From contig OZ193909.1 of assembly GCA_964276515.1 (NCBI GenBank), positions 6,262,001 to 6,326,000 on the forward strand: DNA of 64,000 nt, written 5' to 3'. Source of the stretch: Gordius albopunctatus. Its lineage: Eukaryota. Within the stretch, counting starts at the first letter, position 1, and each line of letters opens with the position of its first letter. This document shows, piece by piece, positions 1-13,000 of this stretch. The translations under genes were made by a program, and so were the position numbers. Under the pieces are notes generated by a model. The model ran no database searches. It was not told the DNA's origin and was given only the letters and a program-made list of their open reading frames with translations.

Positions 1-2097
1 CTTTGTAGTCCCCACCGTTGTTCTAACATACGTTCTATTTCCCTTGTACATATCCTTTATTGCTCTGACGTATGCTTCTGGCACATTGCTTTCTTCGAGA
101 CATTTCCAAACTAAATTACGAGGAACTTTATCGAACGCTTTTTCAAGATCGATGAAACACATGTGCAAATCCTCTTCCCTTTCTTTAAACCGTTCCATTA
201 ATCTTCTAACACTGTTTAGAGCGTCTGCTGTAGACCTCTCAGGCATAAATCCGAATTGGTTATCTCGAATTTGAACCATACTCCGAAGCCGTTTTTCGAT
301 CACTTTTTCCCACACCTTGAAAGTGTGACTCATAAGCTTTATCCCTCTGTAATTGTTGCAATCCTGAATGTCCCCTTTCATCTTGTATATCGGGATAATG
401 TAGCTATCCCTCCACTCGTCAGGTATTTTACCCGTTTTCAAGATATTGTTGAAAAGGTTGGCGAGGAATTGTGCACCAGTATTGCCTAACACTTTGAAGC
501 CCTCTATTGGTATATTGTCGGGTCCAAGAGCTTTTCCTGACTTTAGTTTACCCATAGCAACTTTCACTTCCGTTTCCGTGATCCAGTCCGCTGTGTTTAA
601 TTCTCCTATTGTATTTTCCTCGTTAGTGTCTTCGACTACGGGCCCCTTTTCAATTGATAAATCGCTATAATACTCGTACCATCTTTGTAGTATATGGCTG
701 TCGTGCGTAAGTATTTCTCCCTTTTGACCCTTAATTAGCCGGCATTCTAGGTAATCTTTAGAATTTCGGGCCCTTGACTTTGCGATTTTGTAGATCAATC
801 TTTCTCCTTCCTTTGAGTTTAGTTTTACATTTATATCGTCGTACACCTTGTTTTTAGCTTTCGCTACGAATTTTTTAGCCGATCTTTTAGCTACTTGGTA
901 AGCTTGCTTATCATTACTATCCTTGCTTTTATACCAAACTTTGTACAATCTCTTCTTTTCCTTGATACATTTTTGCACTTCTTCATTCCACCACCATGTC
1001 TCCTTGAGAATTCTTTTAGTGGGCTTGCTTTCACCTAGTATTTGTCGTCCCGCTTTTCGCATTGTGGCAGCTATACCATTACATTGATCCTCACATGAAG
1101 TATTTCCCTTAAATTCAGCATGTTTAATTACTTGTTCCTAAAAATGTTGAATATTATCCTTTCGTTTCCTCCATTGTATAGTAGCGGCTACTCTTTGTAC
1201 CTTCTGCCCTTTAAGGCCCTTTAATATAAAGTCCATCACCAACAGCTTGTGTTGGCAGGCCAATATTTCACTCGGTATTACCTTAACATTTTGAACATAC
1301 TTTAAGTGCGCTCTGTTGACTAGAAAGAAATCTATCTGAGTGGTACGGCTGCCGCTTTTGTACGTTATAAGATGTTCCTGTCTCTTTTTGAAGAAGGTAT
1401 TTCCTATAGCTAGGTCAAAAGCTTGAGCAATTTCTAGAATTTCCGTACCTCCTTCATTTCTCAGGCCGTAACCCCGACCACCGTGATTTCTTTCAAATCC
1501 TCCTCTTGATTTTCCCACGTGACCATTGAGGTCCGCTCCGATAATTATTATTCCTTCTTTACCAAATTGGGATAGAACAACTTCAAGCTCCTTCCAAAAA
1601 GACTCTTTTTCCGTCTCAGAGCATCCACTTTGAGGGGCGTATGCTGATATAACGTTTATCGTAGTAGATTTATAACAAAGCTGTATCGCCATAATTCTGT
1701 CATTGATTCTTTTAACGTCGACAACAGTTTGCTGAAATTCTTCCGATAGAACTAAACCGATGCCATTCCTGTGAGTTTCTGTACCGTAAAAATATAATTT
1801 GTATCCGTCACCTATGTATTTTGCTTTTTCGCCCTTCCATTTGGTCTCTTGTATACAAGCGATATCGATTTTTCTCCTCCTTAGAACGTCTGCCAATTCT
1901 CTGCTCTTGCTAGTCATTGTACCAATATTCCATGACCCGAACTTTATCCTACGCAAACTAATGTCTTTAACCGCTTCCGTTTGTTGAGAGAGCGGTAGCC
2001 TTCGTTTATTTCCCACACATTCCAGGCGAAGAATGCGCGCGTCGCTAAAGGGGGACGCCCTATGGTTTTCATTCTGCGTCTTTGTTGTAGTATACAT
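1..2097 (-). mobile_element. RTE-clade non-LTR retrotransposon (APE endonuclease + RT), runs off the window start; one in-frame TAG at 1138-1140
   Basis: APE motifs GSWNIG, ACIQETKW, SAYAPQ, GADLNGHVG, TQIDF. Past the TAG the same frame continues through KETWWWNEEV (~980) to RT motifs QFGFMPERST (~258) and FIDLEKAFDKVPR (~150). Confidence 0.93.
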
Positions 2098-2534
2098 TTT
2101 GGTTTATATGGAATGAGGGAGTATTGATATCCCGGTCTTCCAAGCCTGACGGAACTATGTTAGATTTTGGTGCTTGACTTCCTACTATTCTTTATGATGC
2201 AGTCATTTCGGTGAATTAAACTTTTCTTTAGACCACTCGTATTGATAGGCTTAATCTAGCACTTCCATTTCACTAAGTACTCCCTCAAAAAGCCCAGAAA
2301 TTTTAGTCTGACCCTTCACCAAGAACCTTGCCAATAGGGTGACCCCACCAGTAACAAACATAAAAATTGTGTTTGGCTACCAAAGGTATAGCTTCTTGGA
2401 TCACGAGAGTACACAAGCTCAACCACCACTACAAGGTATTTCTGGCTCGGTTGAGGCTATTACCGTCTTGTTAACAATTATTGCCGCCTACTTCCATTTT
2501 ATAACGTGTCCGGAGTTGCATTATAGTTCTTGGA

Positions 2535-4776
2535 GTGAATAAACTAGTATTGGAGTATCATATCCCCCTTTGGGCGGAGGATGTAAAAGTAATAAGTAAC
2601 AAGGGGATTCAAATCAACGACAATAAGGCCGAACTAGACAAGTATTGGAAAAATTTAACAAACAAAAATGAAATAAAATCCTTCCTTGGGTTAAGAGCAT
2701 ATTTTTCAAAGTTCATTAAGGACTACGACAAAATCGTGCATTCGATTCAGAAAATCATGGGAAAAACCTTGATGTACCACTGGGGTGGAGAACAACAAGG
2801 CGCATTTGAAGCCATCAAGTCCGCGCTTACGAAAGCCCTCATACTGGCATAATTTAATGGAGATTGGGAGACTGGCCTGGTCTTAGACGGCTCTGGTACA
2901 TGGTTAGTGGCCATCTTACAGCAAAGAGCACCAGGGGAGAATTGGAGAGTGGTGGCCTATGCTTCAAGAGCGTTAAACGATAGCGAAAGCCGGTATTCGA
3001 CGATCGAACGAGAGGCGCTTGCGGTGGTTTATGGACTAAAAAAATTCAATGAATATATACAAGGACGAAGCGTTACTATTATGACGGATCATAGACCGCT
3101 AGTATATATATTTGATCAGAGCAAAAGGGGCAAGTAACAATGGACACCACGTCTCACTAGGTGTGCGCTCATGGTATCAGGATACACGACCAAGTTTGAG
3201 TACAACAAGGGATCCGAAAACGCGGCAGATTTCTTGCCCATAAAACCAAACGAACACGCGTATCAGGTTAGCGAGGAAATGCCAGAAGACTTGACAAATC
3301 CATTTATTTAGTTGGACGTAGTAAGACAACACACCTTGGATGATTCGGGGCTACGTCAGGTAAAAGAGTGGATTAGAGGTAAACAAAACACAATTGTCAC
3401 TTATGGTCTAAAACGCTCCTACGAAAAACACCTGCCAAAGTTACATGAAGCCAAAAACACAATATTTTACAAAGGGCGACGAATATTAATTCCGGCTAAG
3501 TTAAGAGATGCGGTACTCCAAATACTACATAGGGCCACGTGGGTATCAAGCGAATGCAAGAAGTGGCGTGGCAGTATATATGGTGGCATACTCTAGACGA
3601 TGACTTATTGCGCGCAGCTAAAGGGTGCCGGAATTGCAATTACACTGCCGCGGCAGCGAAAAAGGCACCGTTGATAGAGTGTCAACCTAGCCATAGACCG
3701 CGGGTGCAAGTACATATCGATATCATGGGTCCTCTCAAAGGTAAGTCATACCTGGTGATGGTGGACAATAGTTCGAAATGGGTAGAGGTGTTTAAATTAG
3801 AAGACACCACAGCGACCACCATTATAAAAAGCTTGCCGAAACGTTTGCTAGATTTGGAAATCTACCGTGGTTAATATCAGATAACGGCCCACAATTCAAA
3901 GGGCAGGAATTACAGAATTTTTGCAAGATGAGAGGGATTAATCAGCGATGGACAGCCCCATACCATCCTGCGTCTAACGATCTGGCAGAAAGGTATGTAC
4001 GATTAATTAAAGAAGCCATTATTTGAAACGAGTCGGAAGTAGGGCTAAGTAGATTTTTGGAAAACTAGAGAGCTACAAAACGCCCCACAACCAATAAAAG
4101 CCCAGCAGAGGTGATGATAAAAAGGCGGATTCAAACCGAATGGAAGGTATTGAGGGAAACCGTACCACAAAAATGATTAGAGACCGGGAACCCGCGGATG
4201 TTTAACGTAGGAGACTTGGTTTGGGTACGCATGTTTTTGGGATCATGCAAATCGGTAGAAAGCACGATAAAAGTCAAGCACGGTAGTTGTTCCTACGATG
4301 TATGGGCACAGGGAAGAAAGCACCACCGACCCGTGGATCAAGTAAGGAAACGGAAAATTCTGGATTGAACCACATGGGGACAAGAGAACGGGTAGCCGCA
4401 AAGGATATCATCAGAAAGGGAAGCGGGAACAAGTGCTTCAAGGGAACAAGTTCTACAAGAGAACAAGTTCTACAAGGGAACAAATTCAAAACCATTCAGC
4501 AACGCCTAGAGAAGAACCTAGATACCCGCAGCGTAATCGCAAACCGACAGCATTCCTTAAGGATTTTGTCTGTGAAAAGGGGGGGGGGAACTGTAGAGAG
4601 GTAATTGGAGTGCGAAGTGCCTCCGGTCCGGGGATACGTTATTTATCGATGTGTTGTCAATCAAATTACCGTTAATTGGTTTTAACTTATATATTCGTTT
4701 GATATACACGTTTTACTCACTTACTATGTTTGTATCGCTGCGTAACCTACATTAAATAAGATTCCCAACCTTAACA
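2535..4776 (+). mobile_element. Degenerate Ty3/Gypsy LTR retrotransposon (RT end, RNase H, integrase, PPT, probable 3' LTR)
   Basis: KSFLGL, VAYASRAL..YSTIEREALAV, TDHRPL, integrase HIDIMGP..MVD..SKW and ISDNGPQF (~3873), with stops and frameshifts. Polypurine tract AAAAGGGGGGGGGGAA at ~4576-4590 is followed by TG at 4592; the LTR probably ends at TTAACA ~4776. Confidence 0.88.
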
Positions 4777-4969
4777 ACTATAATTACCATTAAATTAATG
4801 CAGAAAGAAGTCAATTATTTCTCGTTAGATTAAAGTAAATATATCAAACCTTGACTATTATGCCATAAAAACACTTTTACAACTTACACTTGAATATACC
4901 TAAATTATTAGACATAGAACCATAATACAACATTATTAATTAATAAAGCATTAATTTGTTCTAATGTCA

Positions 4970-5743
4970 TTAATTAAACATAATATCATTATAAGTTTTT
5001 TTGAGTTTTTCGATTTCTTTTAGGATATTTTTGTTATCTGCTTTAAACCGATTAATGCTATCTGATAAATGATTTTTTATATTTTGCATTTTTAAATATT
5101 CCTCATATTCCCAGCTCTCATTTTCTTTGCATACATTCTCCATTGGCTTTAAATTTGTAAGTGACGATGATGATATCGAGATATTAGTTTCCTCGTATTT
5201 TTCTTGTTGCTCATGATGGTCTTTCATTTCTTGATAAATTTTCCCTAATCTAACTAGTTTGTGCACGTCCTGCCTAATACTGGCCACCGTCTCCGACATC
5301 AGCGCACTTTTCTGCCCCGGTTCTTCAGGCCTATAAGTTTGTAAACGATTTCCTTCACCTACCTCACCACTTAACCTGCTTGATTCATTGCGTTCAACGC
5401 TATTTACATTCGAAATCGATATAGCAGAATTGCTTAAGCTTGCCACTCCCACCTTTGATGGTTTAGAGGAATCAATCAGCGTTTTTCTGTTAATTTCTAT
5501 AACATTACTTGTATCATTTAGAGGTTTGCTTTGTTTCCTATAGCTAAATGTAGAACGATGACTACTATCTGAGGAATCACCGCGCGCACCTATGCATTCT
5601 TCAAATGTAGAAGTACTTAGTTGATCTAATGTGAGCTTGTTATGGCCATTTCGCTTATTTTTTATGCCGCAATAATTTGGATCTTCAATCGTGACTATAT
5701 AAGAGACTTTGTTGCTCAGCGATTTTTTCCCTTTAGTTGTCAT
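4970..5743 (-). CDS. Hypothetical 257-aa Ser-rich protein with C-terminal coiled-coil-like segment (single coding exon)
   Basis: 774-nt stop-free frame in very AT-rich DNA. ATG at 5743, acceptor ttatcag at 5761 and candidate donor AAG|GTAAGA at 6621. No family recognised. Confidence 0.55.
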   Translation of the reverse strand: MTTKGKKSLSNKVSYIVTIEDPNYCGIKNKRNGHNKLTLDQLSTSTFEECIGARGDSSDSSHRSTFSYRKQSKPLNDTSNVIEINRKTLIDSSKPSKVGVASLSNSAISISNVNSVERNESSRLSGEVGEGNRLQTYRPEEPGQKSALMSETVASIRQDVHKLVRLGKIYQEMKDHHEQQEKYEETNISISSSSLTNLKPMENVCKENESWEYEEYLKMQNIKNHLSDSINRFKADNKNILKEIEKLKKTYNDIMFN

Positions 5744-7031
5744 GAAACGTCTGTCGACGACTGATAACAATTGCGATTTTATTCGTTAAATCTTGAATAG
5801 CTGGTATATGCATTGTTGTATTGTAAATAGATTATTATGCAAAGTTATTAACATAAAAATTGTTATTTAAGTGGCATTCCAATTCCTTATTCCATAGCGT
5901 GGTTTTTATACATGTACCTATAGGAATACTTCAAAATTTGATTTTTAACAAATCTATTAATTCAAAGTTAAAAGTATAATGATAACATAATAAAGAATAA
6001 AAAAAATCAATAATGAGGAATTAAGAGTGGCAACGTAACTTAAAAAATAACAAACCTTGGTTTTTCCCCGAGCAATAATACAGTTTAGAGATTTATTATA
6101 ATACAAAAAATGTATGCACAAACGATAGGTCATAGAATCTCTTTATCTGATATTCAAAAGATACACGGATCTAAATGCAAAGATCGTTGAGTTGGTTGGA
6201 TTGACTTTGGATTAAGTCCACACGATTTCGTTTCAATTAGGGGTTTGTTTGTACTTTAAATAATTATTAGGCGGAGTTTCTAAATCAAATCGGTGTCTAT
6301 TATGAACTGCTTAGATATGTTTTTCATCTGAATTAAATGAACTGAAATTTATTAGAAGTCGACATCGTTTGTCAGAAGAATGAGTAGGGGTTTAAAACAT
6401 ATAATTAAGCTTTAGAAGATTTTGATCCTCGAATTTAATTTAATAAATTTACAGGCATCAATATATTTTGATAAACATTTACTTGGAATATTTATTTATA
6501 TTGAGTAAATAGTCTCTAAAAAATAATTTTTTTTATCTAAATTATGAAAATATGATTAAAAGAAATAAATTATGGTAATTAAAAAACACAAAAAATGAAT
6601 GGTTAGTCTAATCAATCTTACCTTGCTTTTAAACAAGGGTTGGGATTTTTAATATGTAACAAATCTTTTTACATCTTCACAAATTTTGATATCTGAATCA
6701 ACATAAGATCTTAAGTTAAAATACGTATTTTTAATATGCATAAATAACGAATGTTGATGTATTAACAAATTATAAATGCAACGGTAAGGGTAGCTTTAAC
6801 CGCACGGCTTTTGCTTATATGTTATTATAGGCGAACGCAAGATTATTTTTTTAGTTCTAGCTAATTGTTTAAGCGTTTTGGACATTAAGACCATATTGAT
6901 CTTATACATTAAATCACTTAGCCCTAAGGCGGGAAAGTTTATATATCCAATAGATTAAGCTTTCGTTCAGTCTTTCCATTTCGGTCTTTTACAAAATTTC
7001 ATTTTATAACTAAATTTTTTAGCTAAGCAAT

Positions 7032-10000
7032 ATGAGGTAAACAAATTCTTACATATATTAATATTGTCATAAAGCGAAATTGGCTTCAACATATTATTTT
7101 GCCATTTATTCCTATTCCATTGGTCGTTACAATTAGCTCATTCTGCCAACAAAACTTCCATAAAACCCTTTAATATTTCAAGAACCTCAGGTAAAATGTG
7201 GGCCCAATTATTTTAGAATTCAATTTATGCCTGTTGAATAAAATCTTATGTAATCAATATAATACACTGTCTTCGGTTATCATTAATTAAACGTTTATAC
7301 AGTTTATTTATTATCACCGTTTTGATTTGCTTAATGTATTTGATGTAAAATAAGTCTAATTCTAAATTAAAAATTGACTTTCAACTTATAAGCAAATCAT
7401 AATTTAGTATTGGGGGATGCACTTGGCAAGGACAATAAATTGGAAATCGAAGCGGATTATCTCAAAAATGTTTTCGCGCTTGAAACTGCCTACGTAGACA
7501 AATGGTACGGCGATATTGGCCAATCCCGTAAGGCATATAATTTTAAAAAAAAATCAAATAAAATTAAAAAGATCGTACATTTTTGGTATAATAAGTGTAA
7601 AGTTGTCGACTATTGAAAATTTTTATTCAAACGGCACGATACATAAAGCATATTCCTGAAAATTTCCATTTAATTTGATAAAGATGTTTGACATTTTATA
7701 ATCATTCAATGATAAAAGCGCAAAATATTGACTTGGCATCAAGGTAAAAGGATTATTTGTAACGTGATATTATAAATATTGCAATTTGATACAGAGAGCC
7801 CGAGCCAGATCTGAGAGGACGTGAATTAATACTAAAAAATAAATGTATCAAGGAGTCGGGTCGGGCTTTATAGGGTAGTCCGAAGCGATTTTGGTTAATT
7901 TTGATAATTATGATATATATTTGGCATACTAAGCATAATAAATTTTATGTTGAATTTACCTTCACCTAAATAATTGTTTTGGTTTATATTTGAAAATATA
8001 GCTAACTCTTGTTATACTACAATTAACAGAATGAATATATAAATTCTAGAATAAATACCTTTTAGCAATTATATTTGACAAAAAAATGATAAAATTTAAT
8101 GATTTAGGGTTTTATAACCATATAAGACTAGTAAACATTTTTTGGATGATGTCGTAAAATCGGGGGTTTTATAATGCTGCGATAGCACAAGGATGCATTA
8201 GTTTTTAATTAAATGTTCATAACTTTAAAATTTTCCTAAATAATATGTTACCCCAAAGTTGCTATTTAAAGGATATAAAGATGATTGGCGATCGTGGGAT
8301 TATAAATGGTTTTTGGGCAGTGAAAGACTACCCTGAAAATTGAAATTGATATAACATTGCTCTATAGATTTTTTATACCACATATTTTTGTGTAAAAATA
8401 TAAAACCATCTTACTTGCAATACCTTGAAATTTAAAAGAAAATCATAGAATTAGTTAATGCAAAAACTTGGCGACATTATATAGATTAGCATGGGCGTAG
8501 CCAGCTTTGGAATTAGAGGGGGGCAATAAAGATTTAGGGAGGTTTAGGGAGGGGCAAAATGAACATTTTTTGAAATTTTACCTATAATTTTAATAAATTT
8601 CAACAATTTTTTAGATTTAGGGGGGACAGCCGCCCCTCCCTGCCCCCCCCCCCTTGGCTACGCCCATGTAGATTAGTCATTAATATAAATTTTTTGATAA
8701 AAACTAGGCAAAGCTAACTTATGAACGAATTTACAACTAATTAATTGAATTATAAAAAATTTATAGTTAGAAAAAATTTGTGATCGAGATAGGCAAAATA
8801 AATAATGCAAACTTTTGTGGGGAGGCAGCTGCCCCATCCTGATGCTTTCTGGCTATGTATATTTTAGAGGAATATTCGAATAGGGGTCAAAGTAGCACAG
8901 CCGGAAAAAAGTAGCAGAAATAAGCGAAAATTAAAGAAATATTTAGATAAAGATAGATTTATCAGCAATATAAAATACCATTACAAAAACAATGGTGGAA
9001 TGAGACTTATATTTAAATGTTAACACCTAATTATTATTTATATACTTTTAAAATTATAATTGAATTTTATTGTATGTATATCAATGTATGGAGAACATAA
9101 AACAATAAGAACTTTTCATATAGTATATAGAAAACATTAGGATAATTAAAAGACATAATTTCATAGATATAATCTTACATTTATTGCTTATAATTTTACA
9201 ATATCAAGAATAAATATCAAGTTTTGATGAATTCTGGTGAATTTTGATGAAATGTGATGAAATTAGACGCTATGTGCTACTTTGACCGGTTCCCTTTATT
9301 TAAAAAATTTAATTGTAGGACGAGGAAATGAAAAAGACGACGATTTGACCCCCAACGATTTTAGGAATATATTCTCAGGGAGGGACGAAAGCGTGGATGA
9401 AATTGCTAAACGAGCTTTTGCCGCTTTACGCGTCACTTCTCGATTGGCTAGAGAGTATATTTACAATGATATTAACAGATAATGAGTTTCATAAAAAATG
9501 ATTTTACATTATTATACCGAAAAATTTTTTAAAATTTCATTCATTTATCTTTGTCATATATTATAAATATACCAGGAAAACCACAATCTATTTCGTTTCG
9601 CTTTGCGCCCTATATATTTTTGATCAAATCTTTTGACATAAATTTGCTTTGAAATTATTTCTCTCTAGCGTGATTTTATTATTATAAATTTTTTTTAAAT
9701 AATAAACTTTTCAACTTTTGTAGTATATTTTTTAGTGACCACAATTAAAGTTCGTTTCTACTTTTACATATTTATAAAACATGGAATTTATTTATTAATT
9801 CTCCTCTGGCTAATTTTAAACAAAAAATATCATGGTTCGAGAACGTTATTTTGAAATTATCCCTTACCCGAGCCCGATGTTTTATAGGTTTTTTAGCCCA
9901 ACCTGGAAGTGAGCTAGGCCCGTCATATCCTTTTTATTGCGATTTTCGAGAAATATTTGAATTTAAAATTTATTAATTGTTTTGATAGGTAATTTAAAAC

Positions 10001-13000
10001 AAGAAACATTATAAATGAGTGATCCAATCCAAGTTTATACAAAAAATTATCAATCGACTTTTTTATAATTAACAATTTTATATCATTATTTTTTTTTATT
10101 TTAGAATGAACATTTTTTAAAATATGTACATATATTGCTTTTCAGAGTTGCAAACAACTAAATGGCTATAGACAGGTAGGAAGGGCAACTGTACAACCTT
10201 TGCTTTTCTTTTAACCGGGTTGGGCTAATTTAGAAAATTTATAGTTAATAGTTATTTAGCGGGTTGGCTCACTCCAGGCCTATTTATTTGTCCAAACCGT
10301 GCCCAATGGCTCGGCCTGTAGGACTATACTTAGCATTGCGATTACAATACTAAATTAGGCCAATTTGATAAATCCAACACGATTCCAATACATGTCATAT
10401 CAATGCCATCCCTTTAGTTCTTTATACGTGTTTCATTAGTATTAGTCGTCAGTATATTATTTTTTGTTAATTTACTCCCTTGCCCGCAACGTAGGAAGAA
10501 CATTAGTAAAAACGAGGTTGCTGGTCGCATGGCTACCCTTCAGCTTCCCGAGGAGATGCTGCAAACTCTTTGTCCGGACTCCTACAGATCTGCCGGTAAA
10601 AATATAGACTTACCTCCGGAGGGCCCAATTTATCGCGAAGCCGATGGTACTTATAATAATCCGTTGGATGGTGGCTTGGGAAAATCTCAATCTCCTTTTC
10701 ACCGCTTATTACCACCCGATTTTTCTGACGGTAAATTTCGGGTTTTTATAATAAACATCTTAAACTTTGAATAAAAAAATATCGAAATCGGGAGAGAATG
10801 ATAAGAATGTGTATAATAAATCGTGTCATATTAAAAGCTTTGTTCTTCTACCATACATTTAAACATAACCAATTTGGTAGGACAGAAATTAAAAGTAGAT
10901 TAAGGACCATGTGCAATTCTAGGTTTAACTAAAATTGTTTTTAACTGGGTTCGGTTTAATTTTTTGAATTCTAGAAAATTTAAAAAATATATGGTGTACA
11001 CATAGACTAGATAGATAGACTGCTTATCAACGTTCAAAATGTGTACCCCTTTTTCCACAATTTCGATGTGAACGTGGTAAAGTTGTGATCATAAAGACAC
11101 ATTATATTAACAATAAAATTTATTGTAAATTAGGAATCGAAAGTTTTCGCTTGGGATCTGATGGAGGCCCCTTACCTAATGCTAGAACGATTAGCTTGCT
11201 GATTCACTCAGAACCTCAAAAACCAACCAAACTTTCAGAATTTCGAGACATTTCTTTATTTATGACGCAGTGGGCACAATTCTTGATTCATGATTTTACA
11301 CTGACTCCTCTGTCCAAAGGTTTTTACCAAATGTCATTTATTACAAAATTGTTTATATAAAAAATGAAATTAATTTTTTTTAATAAAAAATATTTTTTCC
11401 GAGGGTCACAATGTATAAACAAAATAAGAGAACAAGTAAAAAATTAGATTTAAAAAGTTATAGTTTAATCTCTAATGAAAGGTGCCATGAATCAATGAAG
11501 AACTTCATTTTATTTTTGAATTCTGCTAGAGAATTTTAATTTTAATTTAATGCGAGTTGTGACGGCAAGAATAAATTGAAGCCAATTCTGCAGATATTTA
11601 AAGTTTTAGCAAATCCCAAGTGCAAAGACGAAGATTTATACTAAAAACTTGTTATCTATCCAATTGAGATTCGTTGTTTAGAAGTGCTTTTCGGTCCACA
11701 TGAGATTATTATGCAGGACGAAAAATAACGTGGTTGCATATTTTAAATGCATTTTTTATTATATATAGTGGCGAGATCGAAATGTTGCATCCCCGAAAAC
11801 GAATTAAATCCCAATTGTGCTCCAATTCCAATTTTTTCCAACGATCCTTTTTATTCTAGCTTCGGATTGTCATGTATGGAATTTACGAGATCAAGCCCTG
11901 CCTTCAGACAAGACTGTTCTTTGGGTAATTTTTTCAAATTCCAATTTTCAATTTTTTGCAATGTTTTTTAAAAACTAAACCCATACTCTATGGAGCTCTT
12001 CTACAATCATAGAATTTAACATTTTTTACTTAGACTGTCGTCAGCCAACGTAGCGATGCTCTCATTAATTTTTGAACTAATTGTGGGTGAATATGATAAT
12101 TGACTTTTTAAACGAGATTAAAGAGATCTTTTATCAACCTTTATATTTAATGACAAGGCAAGAATTATGTTAAGTTGTTCCATATTATTTCCATAATACA
12201 TTCATGGAAAAAATATTAATAATACATCAATATTTGTATCTAATATTAATAGTTATATATACACTTTGATAACAAAATACAAATTATTATTAACTATTGG
12301 GATCAAACTGGGAGAATTAAAGTATTTGTGTATCTTTTTAGGACCAAAAGAGACGCTGAACCAAGTGACGGCTTACCTCGATGCCTCTGTAATATACGGA
12401 TCGACTCAAAATACGCAGAATCTCTTAAGATCTTTTCGATATGGTAACCATTACTTATAATTAATAATACCAAATTAACGATTATTGTAAAAAAAGATGC
12501 AAATAACTATTAGTTGCTATGCAATTTATTGGTTTTTTAAGATTTTTACCATCGTAGATAACCGAATATAACTTGTAAATTAATTTTTAGAAAATTGAAA
12601 GTAAAAACAAAAATAGCATAGGAAAGGGAAGACTGAAGCTGTTAAGATTTCGAGCTTGATTAACAATTAAAATCATCAAAAAGAGATCAAAAATGAGGCT
12701 TAAAAACTAGTTGCTTTATACGAGCCTGGTTTCAAAAATTAATTCGACCAATCTCCCTTTTAAAATATTAAAATGATACTTTACTCATTCAATTATAATG
12801 AGAATTTAGTAGTTTAAAACGTAACATTGAATACTTTTAACGCTGCTTTTGAAATAAGCTTTGCCAGCTACTTGAAAAGGTAATCGCATTTATATTTTAA
12901 AGGTATTACACCATTTACTTTTGCAATGATAAACATTCTACTTTAGCATCGAATTTGCCATCAAGCTCGTATACTTGATATCTGATCATGAGAATAATTT

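Noticed and set aside
44..670. Plus-strand ORFs 44-274, 256-489, 446-670 (and similar at 37823-38690)
   Set aside because: Antisense shadows of RTE reverse-transcriptase sequence.
10146..10175. Possible extra peroxidase exon (ttcag...ACAG|gtagg)
   Set aside because: It introduces a stop or breaks phase; exons 9319-9454 and 10495-10730 already join in frame.
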